From: Dehalococcoidia bacterium
GTDB lineage: Bacteria > Chloroflexota > Dehalococcoidia > UBA2979
Assembly (NCBI GenBank): GCA_965262725.1
Contig: OZ253555.1
Coordinates: forward strand, 1,568,001 to 1,632,000
Reading direction: 5' to 3'
Length of the DNA: 64,000 nt
This document shows, in pieces, positions 54,130-62,124 of this stretch. Numbering within the stretch: position 1 is the stretch's first letter; each line of letters opens with the position of its first letter. Position numbers and translations under genes: made by a program. Under the pieces are notes generated by a model. It had not been told where the DNA came from and searched no databases. It saw only the letters and a list, made by a program, of their open reading frames with translations.

Positions 54130-55317
54130 CTACCTCCCCACCGCGCCGGCGGCGGCGCTACCGCGGCCGGCCGCGACGCCGGCGACGCGGCCGGCCACGA
54201 CGAGCGCGACGGCCGCCCCGGTGCCCGATTGCTGGACCTGGCCGTGGAGGAGCGAGGGCACCCGGAGCGTCAGGGCGGCGATGGCGATGCCGAGGAGCAG
54301 GGTCAGCAGCGCGTCCGCGGCGCCGCCGGGCACCAGCTCGACCATCAGCGCCGCGCCGAGGCGCAGCACGACGAGCTGGACCGCCTGCTGGAAGACCGTG
54401 ATCACGAAGAGGTGCGCCCACCAGCGCGTCCAGCCCTGCGTCTGCGGCAGCACCCAGCAGAGCACCATCAGCGGCGACAGCACGATCAGCACGTCCAGGA
54501 GCGCGAGCCGCATCAGCATCTGGAAGACCAGCAGCAGCGCCATCACGGCGTACGCGATCGCCACGAAGACGAGAGCGATCCCCTCCTGCGCGGCGTTCGC
54601 CTGCTCGTAGCCGGGCAGGCCGACCTGGCCGACGGCCCCGGCGAAGGCGTTGTTGACCTCGATGAGGACGCCCGCGAACTCGAGCGTGAGGTTGACGGCG
54701 AGTGCGGCGAGGATGACGCGGGGAAGCAGCTCCATCGCCCCGTGGTAGGGGCTGCCGATGTGCTGCCGGACGATGACGTTGAAGCCGCCCCACATCACCA
54801 CCACGGCGAGGCCGGCGTTGGCGATGGCGCGCGAGAAGTCCCAGAGGGAGCGCACGGTCGGGCTCTCGTAGGAGCCTGCTGCGGGGGTGCGCGTGACGAA
54901 GTTGAGCGAGGAGCCCCCGAAGCCGAGCGCCCAGTCGATGAAGCTGCGCATCGCCCCGAGCAGCTCCCGGCCGAGCGCGCTCACGACGCCGTCGAGGATC
55001 GAGGCCGCCCACTCGCGCGGGTCGAGCCCGCTCAGCAGGTCGGAGGGGCTCGGGAGCCCGGGAATGCCGATCGCGGGGGCGGCGCCGGGCGCTGGTGCGA
55101 CCGGGGCCGTCGCGGCGGCCGCCATCGGCCTCGCCTCTGGTGTGGGGCCGGCGGATGTGGGCGCCGCCGCGGCGACGAGAGGTGCGCCGGCCCGGGTGAG
55201 GGCCGCGAGCGGATCCGCCGCCTGCTCCGCGTGGGCGGGCACGGCCAGCAGCAGCCAGCAGACGAGCGCTCCGGCGACGGCGAGCAGCGGACCCCGCACG
55301 GCCAGCCCCTTCCGCAT
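54130..55317 (-). CDS. VirB6/TrbL-like polytopic membrane protein
   Basis: Signal-like N-terminus, multiple TMs, MRLALLDVLIVLSPL..CWVLPQTQGW. Confidence 0.8.
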   Translation of the reverse strand: MRKGLAVRGPLLAVAGALVCWLLLAVPAHAEQAADPLAALTRAGAPLVAAAAPTSAGPTPEARPMAAAATAPVAPAPGAAPAIGIPGLPSPSDLLSGLDPREWAASILDGVVSALGRELLGAMRSFIDWALGFGGSSLNFVTRTPAAGSYESPTVRSLWDFSRAIANAGLAVVVMWGGFNVIVRQHIGSPYHGAMELLPRVILAALAVNLTLEFAGVLIEVNNAFAGAVGQVGLPGYEQANAAQEGIALVFVAIAYAVMALLLVFQMLMRLALLDVLIVLSPLMVLCWVLPQTQGWTRWWAHLFVITVFQQAVQLVVLRLGAALMVELVPGGAADALLTLLLGIAIAALTLRVPSLLHGQVQQSGTGAAVALVVAGRVAGVAAGRGSAAAGAVGR

Positions 55318-55388
55318 CGCCGCGCGCTCGCCCCGGTGGGCGGGGTGCGGCGATGCAGGGCTAGGGTGCGATCAGGCGTTCACAGAAA

Positions 55389-55461
55389 GTTCCGGCTGCG
55401 TTCCATGAGAGTTCAAAACGTTCCGGATTTGTTCCGGATTTGTTCCGGATTCGTTCCGAAC
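55389..55461. repeat. GTTC-anchored ~11-bp direct repeats upstream of the transfer operon
   Basis: GTTC at 55389, 55400, 55411, 55420, 55431, 55442, 55453; GTTCCGGATT(T/C) x3. Confidence 0.75.
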
Positions 55462-55519
55462 ACGCCAGAATCGGCTCAACGCGGGTCCGGGCGGCGTTTC
55501 CGCATGCTGCGAACACGTC

Positions 55520-55600
55520 GCGAGGACCGGCCGCATGCAGCCCACGAGCTCGCGTGCGACGGCGACGTTGGCCACCGCGACTGCTCGACGCGGTCAGGAC
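55520..55600 (-). pseudogene. IS110-like transposase C-terminal relic
   Basis: Minus-strand ANVAVARELVGCM resembles the IS110 C-terminal VAVARELAGF motif. Confidence 0.4.
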
Positions 55601-55725
55601 GTCGCCCTGCGGCATCGCCATGTGAGCCAGGGCCCAGGTTTACTTCCCACGAGCGTGTTTACAGACGCGAGGCGGGAACAGCGTCGTCGATGCCGCCGCT
55701 CAGCCTCGCGTAGCGCGGCCTCGGC

Positions 55726-55757
55726 CCCACCGCCCCACAAAAACACCAGGCTCCTAG
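55726..55757 (-). mobile_element. Isolated left end of the IS1182-like element
   Basis: Reverse complement CTAGGAGCCTGGTGTTTTTGTGGGGCGGTGGG is identical to 21366-21397. Confidence 0.75.
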
Positions 55758-56935
55758 TGTCCTGAGTCGTAATAGCGGCATATAACGGATAGGGTGTGGC
55801 ACAGCGGGGTTTTGCCCCATGGGGCAGACTCTGGAGTGTGATGAGCACCCGAATCGGACGGCCGACGGTCGCGATCGTCCTGAGCGACGAGGAGCGTGAG
55901 ACGCTGGAGCGGTGGGCGCGCCGGCCGACATCGGCCCAGGCGCTGGCGCTGCGCTGTCGCATCGTCCTGGCAGCGGCCGAGGGGACATCGAATAGGGCGA
56001 TCGCCGCGGCGCTCGATTGCCATCCGGTCACCGTCGGCAAGTGGCGCCGGCGCTTTGCGCAGTGGCGGCTCGATGGGCTACAGGATGAGCCGCGCCCCGG
56101 GGCGCCGCGCACGATCACCGATGCACAGGTGGAAGCGGTGATCGTCACGACGCTGGAGGAGCAGCCTTCCGACGCGACGCACTGGTCGACCAGATCGATG
56201 GCAGCCGCGCTCGGGATGTCGCAGTCGGCGATCGTCAGGATCTGGAGCGCCTTCGGCCTGAAGCCGCACCTCGTGGAGAGCTTCAAGCTGTCGCCCGACC
56301 CGCAGTTCATCGACAAGGTGCGCGACGTGGCCGGACTCTATCTCAACCCGCCCGACGCGGCCGTTGTGCTGTGTGTGGACGAGAAGACCCAGGTCCAGGC
56401 ACTCGACCGCACCGCTCCGATGTTGCCGATGATGCCCAACGTCCCTGCCCGCCAGACGCACGACTACATCCGTCACGGCACGACGAACCTCTACGCAGCG
56501 CTCGATGTCGCCTCGGGACACGTGATCACGGAGATGACCCCCAGGCACCGCGCGCGGGAGTTCCAGCGGTTCCTCACCCTCATCGACCAAAGCGTTCCCC
56601 GTGAGCTGGCGGTGCATGTCGTGCTCGACAACGTCTCCACGCACCGCACGCCCGCCATCCAGCGCTGGCTCCAGCGCCATCCCCGCTTCACCTTCCATTT
56701 CACGCCGACCTACAGCTCCTGGATGAACCTCGTGGAGCGCTGGTTTGCAGAGCTCACCAGCAAGTGGCTCCGGCGCGGCACGCACCACAGCGTCCCTGAT
56801 TTGATCCGCTCAGTGGAGATGTGGGTCGCCAGCTGGAACGAGAATCCGAGGCCCTTCATCTGGCACAAGACCGCGGACCAGATCCTGGACAACCTCGCCG
56901 GCTATCTAGAGCGTATTCCTGACTCGGGACACTAG
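55754..56935 (+). mobile_element. IS630-family element, copy 1
   Basis: CTAGTGTCCTGA...TCGGGACACTAG ends. Confidence 0.93.
55841..56935 (+). CDS. IS630 transposase
   Basis: CVDEKTQVQA, VVLDNVSTH, FTPTYSSWMNLVERWF. Confidence 0.95.
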   Translation: MSTRIGRPTVAIVLSDEERETLERWARRPTSAQALALRCRIVLAAAEGTSNRAIAAALDCHPVTVGKWRRRFAQWRLDGLQDEPRPGAPRTITDAQVEAVIVTTLEEQPSDATHWSTRSMAAALGMSQSAIVRIWSAFGLKPHLVESFKLSPDPQFIDKVRDVAGLYLNPPDAAVVLCVDEKTQVQALDRTAPMLPMMPNVPARQTHDYIRHGTTNLYAALDVASGHVITEMTPRHRAREFQRFLTLIDQSVPRELAVHVVLDNVSTHRTPAIQRWLQRHPRFTFHFTPTYSSWMNLVERWFAELTSKWLRRGTHHSVPDLIRSVEMWVASWNENPRPFIWHKTADQILDNLAGYLERIPDSGH

Positions 56936-57132
56936 ACGGTCTCGAACTCCAGCGCCGAGAGCTTGAGGTCCGGGGAACGCCGTGACAGGTGCAGCATCTC
57001 GACACCCACGACCTCGTTCGACTCGTTGTAGTCGAGCATCACGCCCGGCGAAACTTCCTGAGATTCGACGATGACGGACTCATCGAGACGGAGGTACAGG
57101 GCGTCGGCCTCGCGGTCCACGTGCAGTTTCAT
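56932..57132 (-). CDS. DUF2283 family protein (putative antitoxin)
   Basis: DREADALYLRL...GVMLDY...VVGVEML. Confidence 0.88.
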   Translation of the reverse strand: MKLHVDREADALYLRLDESVIVESQEVSPGVMLDYNESNEVVGVEMLHLSRRSPDLKLSALEFETV

Positions 57133-57380
57133 AGTTGGCCTCGCATATCCCGATCGAAGAATACGCTGACCACGCGCCACGGCTCAACGCGTGTGTTGAC
57201 GGCCACGCGAAGCACCCGGTCGCCGCGCTCCGGCAGCCGCCCGAAGAAGCGCTCCACCTCGGGGTCGGTCGGGTCGTCCGTCCGCAGCTCCGGCCCGTTC
57301 ACCACCCGCTCGACCCAGCCCAGGGGAATCAGTCGCTCGGCCATCGCCTGCCGCGCGTGCACGGTGACGCTCAGCTCCAC
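57129..57380 (-). CDS. DUF4258 family protein (putative RelE-like toxin)
   Basis: TVHARQAMAER, RVLRVAV, VVSVFFDR; overlaps the DUF2283 start. Confidence 0.82.
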   Translation of the reverse strand: MELSVTVHARQAMAERLIPLGWVERVVNGPELRTDDPTDPEVERFFGRLPERGDRVLRVAVNTRVEPWRVVSVFFDRDMRGQL

Positions 57381-57685
57381 TGTACCGGCACTCCCTGCTC
57401 GCTGGCCTTCATTTGTCGTCACCTCGGAGAGCAGCGTGGCGGTCTCCCGTTCGAAGGATATTTGGGACCAATCGCGGGTGCGTACGCGCGAGTCTTCACG
57501 ATCCACAACCGGTCACACCGAGGCTGTATCCCATTCTAGAACAAGAGTTCTGAAACGGGCAATGGACAGCTCCCAGTGGACGCATGAGCATCAGTTTGGC
57601 CAACTGGCGCTCGGGCCCTGCAGCGATTCGACCCCTTGCCTGGCCTCGTAGGATTGGTGCCGAAGTTGGAGAAGGCGTCGGCTCA

Positions 57686-58738
57686 ATGCCAAACGGCGGC
57701 TCGGATTGCTGCGGGACCTGCTGGTTCAACCGTGCGAACGCCGACGAGCCGAGCAGTGCGAATCACAATCACGAGATCCCGAGCTACTGCGAGATCCGCG
57801 AACTCGAGATTCCGAACCCGTTCTACACCTACTGCGCCAACCATCCGTATCACCGCCCGCAGCGCGATCCCATACCGATCGGTCCGGTGACCGTGCACGA
57901 GGCCGAGAGTGTCGAGAGTGAGCCGGGCCACTACGAGAGCGGTTCGTGGCGCGAGCCGTGGCGTGTCCTCGGCGAGACGGATCCCGAGGTCGCGTTGCTC
58001 CAGGAGGCGAGCCGCCCGCCGCCGGACGTCGCAACCCGAATCGCGGTGGACCCGGCGCCCTGGCGGACGGCAAGCGCGCGCGCATCGCGACCCTGGCGGA
58101 CGGCAATCGCCGGACTCTCCAAGCGCGTCTGCCTGGAGTGGATCGACGCGAAGTCGCTCGAGGATGCGGCCGGCGGGGAGCTGGCTGTCAGCCATGCCGG
58201 CACACTCACTGCGGCGCGCGTGTCCGCCCCCGACATCGAGCCCTTTCTCGCCGTCTCCATGTACGCGCCATGGAGGAGGCCGCACAAAGTGACCGGCAGC
58301 AGACGGATCTTCTCGGATGCATCGGCCCACCGAGTCATCTCCGACCTGTCCGTGCTCGTCGGCCGCGAGTCCGGTCACCGCATTCTGGCCGCCGGGGATC
58401 TCAACATCCTCCATGGCCATGGAGAGCGCGGCAGCTCGTACTGGGCCTCGCGCTACAAGACCGTGTTCGACAGGATGGAGGCGCTGGGACTCCCCTTCGT
58501 CGGCCCGCAGGCGCCAGACGGACGCCAGGCCGATCCATGGCCGCGGGAGCTCCCGAGGGACAGCAAGAACGTCCCGACGTATCACTCGAACCGCCAGACG
58601 CCGGACACGGCGACCCGCCAGCTGGACTTCGTGTTCGCCTCGAGAGAGCTGGCAGGCTCCGTGCGGGTACGGGCGCTCAACGAGCCGGATCAGTGGGGCC
58701 CCAGCGACCATTGCCGCCTGACGATCGAAATCTCGTAG
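57686..58738 (+). CDS. Cys-rich N-terminal domain fused to endonuclease/exonuclease/phosphatase (EEP) domain
   Basis: MPNGGSDCCGTCWFN..YCEIR..YCANH; ALLQEA, AGDLN, PTY, QLDFVFAS, GPSDH. Confidence 0.75.
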   Translation: MPNGGSDCCGTCWFNRANADEPSSANHNHEIPSYCEIRELEIPNPFYTYCANHPYHRPQRDPIPIGPVTVHEAESVESEPGHYESGSWREPWRVLGETDPEVALLQEASRPPPDVATRIAVDPAPWRTASARASRPWRTAIAGLSKRVCLEWIDAKSLEDAAGGELAVSHAGTLTAARVSAPDIEPFLAVSMYAPWRRPHKVTGSRRIFSDASAHRVISDLSVLVGRESGHRILAAGDLNILHGHGERGSSYWASRYKTVFDRMEALGLPFVGPQAPDGRQADPWPRELPRDSKNVPTYHSNRQTPDTATRQLDFVFASRELAGSVRVRALNEPDQWGPSDHCRLTIEIS

Positions 58739-58876
58739 CGAGGCGTGGACGTGAGGGCACAGAGGAGCACGCCACGCCGAGCGTTCGCACTTCTCGCGGT
58801 GACGGGACGTAGCTCGTGAGTAGCGACAACGCAGCCCATGCCCGCATCGTGCGCCGCGCCGAGAAGGCTTCGTCGA

Positions 58877-59314
58877 GTGAGTGAACACGCGGCCCCGCCG
58901 CTGGAGCTGCGGTTTGACCGCCTCGCATCCCTCCTTCCCGTGTTCGAAGCTCCCGACTTCTCCTTCGGGACGTGGGGGGAAGGACGACGAGATCGGACCA
59001 CGGGCCTCGTGGAGCTGCCCTGGTTCAGTCTGTCGGAGGCTGCCGAGCAACTCGTCGACATCGCGTATGGGGACGGTTGGGTGCTGACGGAATTCGACTG
59101 GGGCGAGTGGAATTGGACGGGTCAGGCCCAGCGCTTCGAGGGGGATCCCGAGACGGTTGCGGATGCGAGCGCTCGCGAACTCGCGCAACTGCTCACCGCG
59201 CTCATTCGGCTGGATCGGTTCTCCGAGGGCACTCTGGCGGAAGCGGGTCAGTCAGGCCTCGTCACCGCCGTTCTGCGGCGCATCGACCGCCTCCACCGCG
59301 AGGCTGCCGGGTAG
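58877..59314 (+). CDS. DUF6508-like protein
   Basis: FDWGEW, LLTALIRLDRFSEGTL...SGLVTAVLRRI. Confidence 0.75.
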   Translation: MSEHAAPPLELRFDRLASLLPVFEAPDFSFGTWGEGRRDRTTGLVELPWFSLSEAAEQLVDIAYGDGWVLTEFDWGEWNWTGQAQRFEGDPETVADASARELAQLLTALIRLDRFSEGTLAEAGQSGLVTAVLRRIDRLHREAAG

Positions 59315-59529
59315 GGAGACCCGCCGTCCCCGCGCCGTCCCCGCGCCACCTATGGCAGACGCGCCCCGCCGCTGCGTCGCGGGGGTCGCGGGGGTCGCGC
59401 CACATGCTTTGCGGCTTGCCGGGGCGTTGCGCTCAGGTCGGCTCCCCTCGCAACGGACGTGTGGGACGGCTCACCGGCCGGACTCCGGGCAGGGCCGTCC
59501 CGAATGAGGGCCCTGCGGCGAGCCACCGA

Positions 59530-60278
59530 TCACCGGATCCGCTCAATCGTTCCGTCGGTCCCCCGCTCTCCTGAACCGAGCGGAGGGCCGATCGGCTTCG
59601 TGCACCGCCGGTCACGCCGACCGCCTCCTGTGATCCGCCATCCCTCGGTGTCGACGGGATCCCGCTCGCCGCTCGGCCCGGTCACGTAGCGCAGCGTGGT
59701 GACGATCGTCTCAACGGGGAGCTGATCGTGCTCGGGACGCTCCGGCGTGGGAAGCCCCATCGCTCCCCTGAGCGCGTCCGTCCAGTTGCGCATGTACCGG
59801 TCGATCCCGGCGGTCATCTCACTCATGGCGCGGAGGGCGGACGGCACGTCCACGGAGTCCAGAAGATCATCGGGAATGGTCAGGTCGAGATGCGAGATCG
59901 GGCGCGTCTCCGGAACGCAGCTCGAGGGTTCCGTGCCCCCTCCCCGGAACCACCGGAGACCCGGTCCGACCCGACCGGATCGATGTCGCTACAGTGCTCG
60001 ATGCCCGCGGCCCGGATGCACAGCCCGTCGAACGTCCAGCTCGTTTCGGACGCGACCTTGTGCATCGTCTCGCCGGTCGCCCCACGATTGGCCGCCAGCA
60101 TCCCGGCCTGGATCTCGGCGTCCAGGTCGTCGTCGAACGGCCGGCCGTGCACGGCCTCCGCATCGGCGATGTCGAAGAAGAGCAGCTGCTGCAGGGTGTG
60201 CCCCGACACGACGATGTTGAGCCGGCGCACGCGCACGCCGGCGATCTCCAGGCTCTGCTCCCTGACCGACGCCGTCAT
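59530..60278 (-). pseudogene. Hypothetical gene split by a frameshift near 59935-59945
   Basis: ORF starting at 60278 (MTASVREQ) switches frame near a G-run to TEPSSCVPETRPISHLDLTIPDDLLDSVDVPSAL. Confidence 0.45.
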
Positions 60279-61255
60279 CGAGGGGCCCCCGGCTGCTGTT
60301 CGGCGCTCGGGGTTCGGCGGCTGTGCTCGTGGAGGCGGTCGGCGAGCGTCGCGATCTCGGCCTCCATCGCCAGCTGCTCCCGCCACGGGGCCGGGATCGC
60401 CCCGGCGCCGTAGTGGGCGCCGGCGAGCTGCCCGTAGATCGCACCCGTTGTGTCGGCGTCGTCGCCCAGGTTCACGGCGAGGAGCGCCCCCTCGCGGAAG
60501 TCGCGTGCGCGGGAGAACGCCCAGAGCGCCGCCTCGAGGGACCGGACCACGTAGCCTGAGCCCTCGATCTCGGGAGGATCGCGTTCCGCGAACGACCCGC
60601 CGGAGACGCGCGCGATCTGCCCGGCCAGGGGCTCTCGCTCCCACAACCCGGCGACCGGGCAGTAGTCCGCGGAGAGGAGGGTCTCCTTCTCGACGCCTCG
60701 CAACGCGCCGACGAGCAGTCCGGCGAAGTAGCGGCAGGCATCGACCGCTTCCCGCACGCGGTGCGTCGTCCTCGAGCTGTCGGCCGCCCGGCGGATCGCC
60801 TCGGCGGGGTCTCCCGCGAAGTACATCGGCACCGGAGCGAGCCGCATCAGCGAGCCGTTGCCGGCCGAGTAGCGATCACTCGAGCCGGCGTAGGGCTCCC
60901 CCTCCTGCTCGAACCGCGACAGGGCCGCGCGGACGGTGACGCCGATGTCGAAGCAGTGCCCCGTCGAGGAGAGGTAGCCCTCCCGCCACCACCGCACATA
61001 GCGCCGCATCTGGTCCGCGGCGTCGAAGCCACCCCGCTCGACCAGACTCGTGGCCAGGCACAACGCCATCGAAGTGTCGTCCGTCCACTCTCCCGGCCGT
61101 AGCCCGAACGGCCCGCCGCCGACCATGTCGTCGATCGGTTCGAAGCTCCCGGGCGGGCTGAACTCGAGCGCGGTGCCGAGGGCGTCGCCTGCCGCGAGGC
61201 CCAGCAGGCAGCCCCGGAACCGCTCGCTGGCGGTGATCTGACCCGTGCGGCTCAT
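60275..61255 (-). CDS. ADP-ribosylglycohydrolase (DraG/ARH family)
   Basis: GLAAGDALG, WTDDTSM, AGNGSLMRLAP, AVNLGDDADTTGAIYGQLAGA. Confidence 0.95.
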   Translation of the reverse strand: MSRTGQITASERFRGCLLGLAAGDALGTALEFSPPGSFEPIDDMVGGGPFGLRPGEWTDDTSMALCLATSLVERGGFDAADQMRRYVRWWREGYLSSTGHCFDIGVTVRAALSRFEQEGEPYAGSSDRYSAGNGSLMRLAPVPMYFAGDPAEAIRRAADSSRTTHRVREAVDACRYFAGLLVGALRGVEKETLLSADYCPVAGLWEREPLAGQIARVSGGSFAERDPPEIEGSGYVVRSLEAALWAFSRARDFREGALLAVNLGDDADTTGAIYGQLAGAHYGAGAIPAPWREQLAMEAEIATLADRLHEHSRRTPSAEQQPGAPR

Positions 61256-61803
61256 CGCGCTCTAGGCTCCGTCCAGTCGCGGACGTACGCACGCTGTTCC
61301 TGTGTCTCCGGCGAGTGAGGCCGGCGATGCGCCTTCTCAACTCCCCTCCACCACTCGGCGACCTGGACCAGGGCCTCGTCTCCCGTCCTCCCGCAGCGCA
61401 CGAGCCAGCACCCGACCGCGGTCGCGGTCCGGCCGACTCCGCCCCAGCAGTGCAGGTAGACGGTCTCGCCGCCGTGCAGAGCGGCGTCGATGGCGTCGAG
61501 AATGCCGGTCATCTCTCTCGGGCTGGCCGGGACCGAGACGTCGACGACCGGATGCCGCTCATGCACGACGTGTGCGCCGAGGCGGGCGGCTTCCACCGCC
61601 GCGATCTCGGCATACGGCGCCAGCCCCTCGCCCGGCTCGGTGAGATCGATGAAATGGTCGATACCGGCGCTCAGTAGCGCCCGAAGCCTGGCCGCAGTCT
61701 CGTCGGGGTCCTTCGCGCCCGGGTACTCACCGGCCGCGAACCGGCCCGGGACGACCCAGTAGCTGTTGGGGAGCGGGCGGCCTTCGCCTGCTGGTGCGCT
61801 CAT
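61252..61803 (-). CDS. Cys-based (CX5R) protein-tyrosine/dual-specificity-type phosphatase
   Basis: NSYWVVPGRFAAGEYPG, YLHCWGGVGRT, SPETQEQ; overlaps the ARH start. Confidence 0.9.
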   Translation of the reverse strand: MSAPAGEGRPLPNSYWVVPGRFAAGEYPGAKDPDETAARLRALLSAGIDHFIDLTEPGEGLAPYAEIAAVEAARLGAHVVHERHPVVDVSVPASPREMTGILDAIDAALHGGETVYLHCWGGVGRTATAVGCWLVRCGRTGDEALVQVAEWWRGVEKAHRRPHSPETQEQRAYVRDWTEPRAR

Positions 61804-62051
61804 CTTTGCGGGCGCCTTGGTGCGCTCCGGGCCGCCCGCCCCCCTGCCGGGCGAGCGCCCGATGTACTGTAGCGCCCGCGCGCGATCCTCCGTGCTGGGC
61901 TGCGCCCCGCCGGGGCCGCCCATGGATCGACAGACGACATCCGCGAGCGGGGACCACGCCTTCCTCTCGCTCTCGGCGCTCGACGTGTGGCTGTTCGAGC
62001 ACGGGTAGGTGTACCGGGGGCGCCGTAGCCGTGCGGACGGTGGAGAGGACG

Positions 62052-62124
62052 ATGTCACAACTGATCGAGCACCTGCGCTCCTTCAACAGGAAGGAGCGCT
62101 TCATCCTGCTGCGCGAGGCCCTAG
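62052..62124 (+). pseudogene. 5' end of a hypothetical gene disrupted by IS630/IS5 insertion
   Basis: GGAGAGG RBS, MSQLIEHLRSFNRKERFILLREAL ending at the CTAG target. Confidence 0.55.

Noticed and set aside
55389-55461. CRISPR array or alphaproteobacterial LexA box (GTTC-N7-GTTC)
   Set aside because: The units are 11 bp with no spacers and no cas genes. The LexA match is formal only, since the host does not look alphaproteobacterial and uvrA shows no such box.
59320-59410. Short GC-rich tandem and inverted repeats (CCGTCCCCGCG x2, GTCGCGGGG x2)
   Set aside because: Too short and imperfect to assign; at most a terminator-like hairpin between convergent genes.
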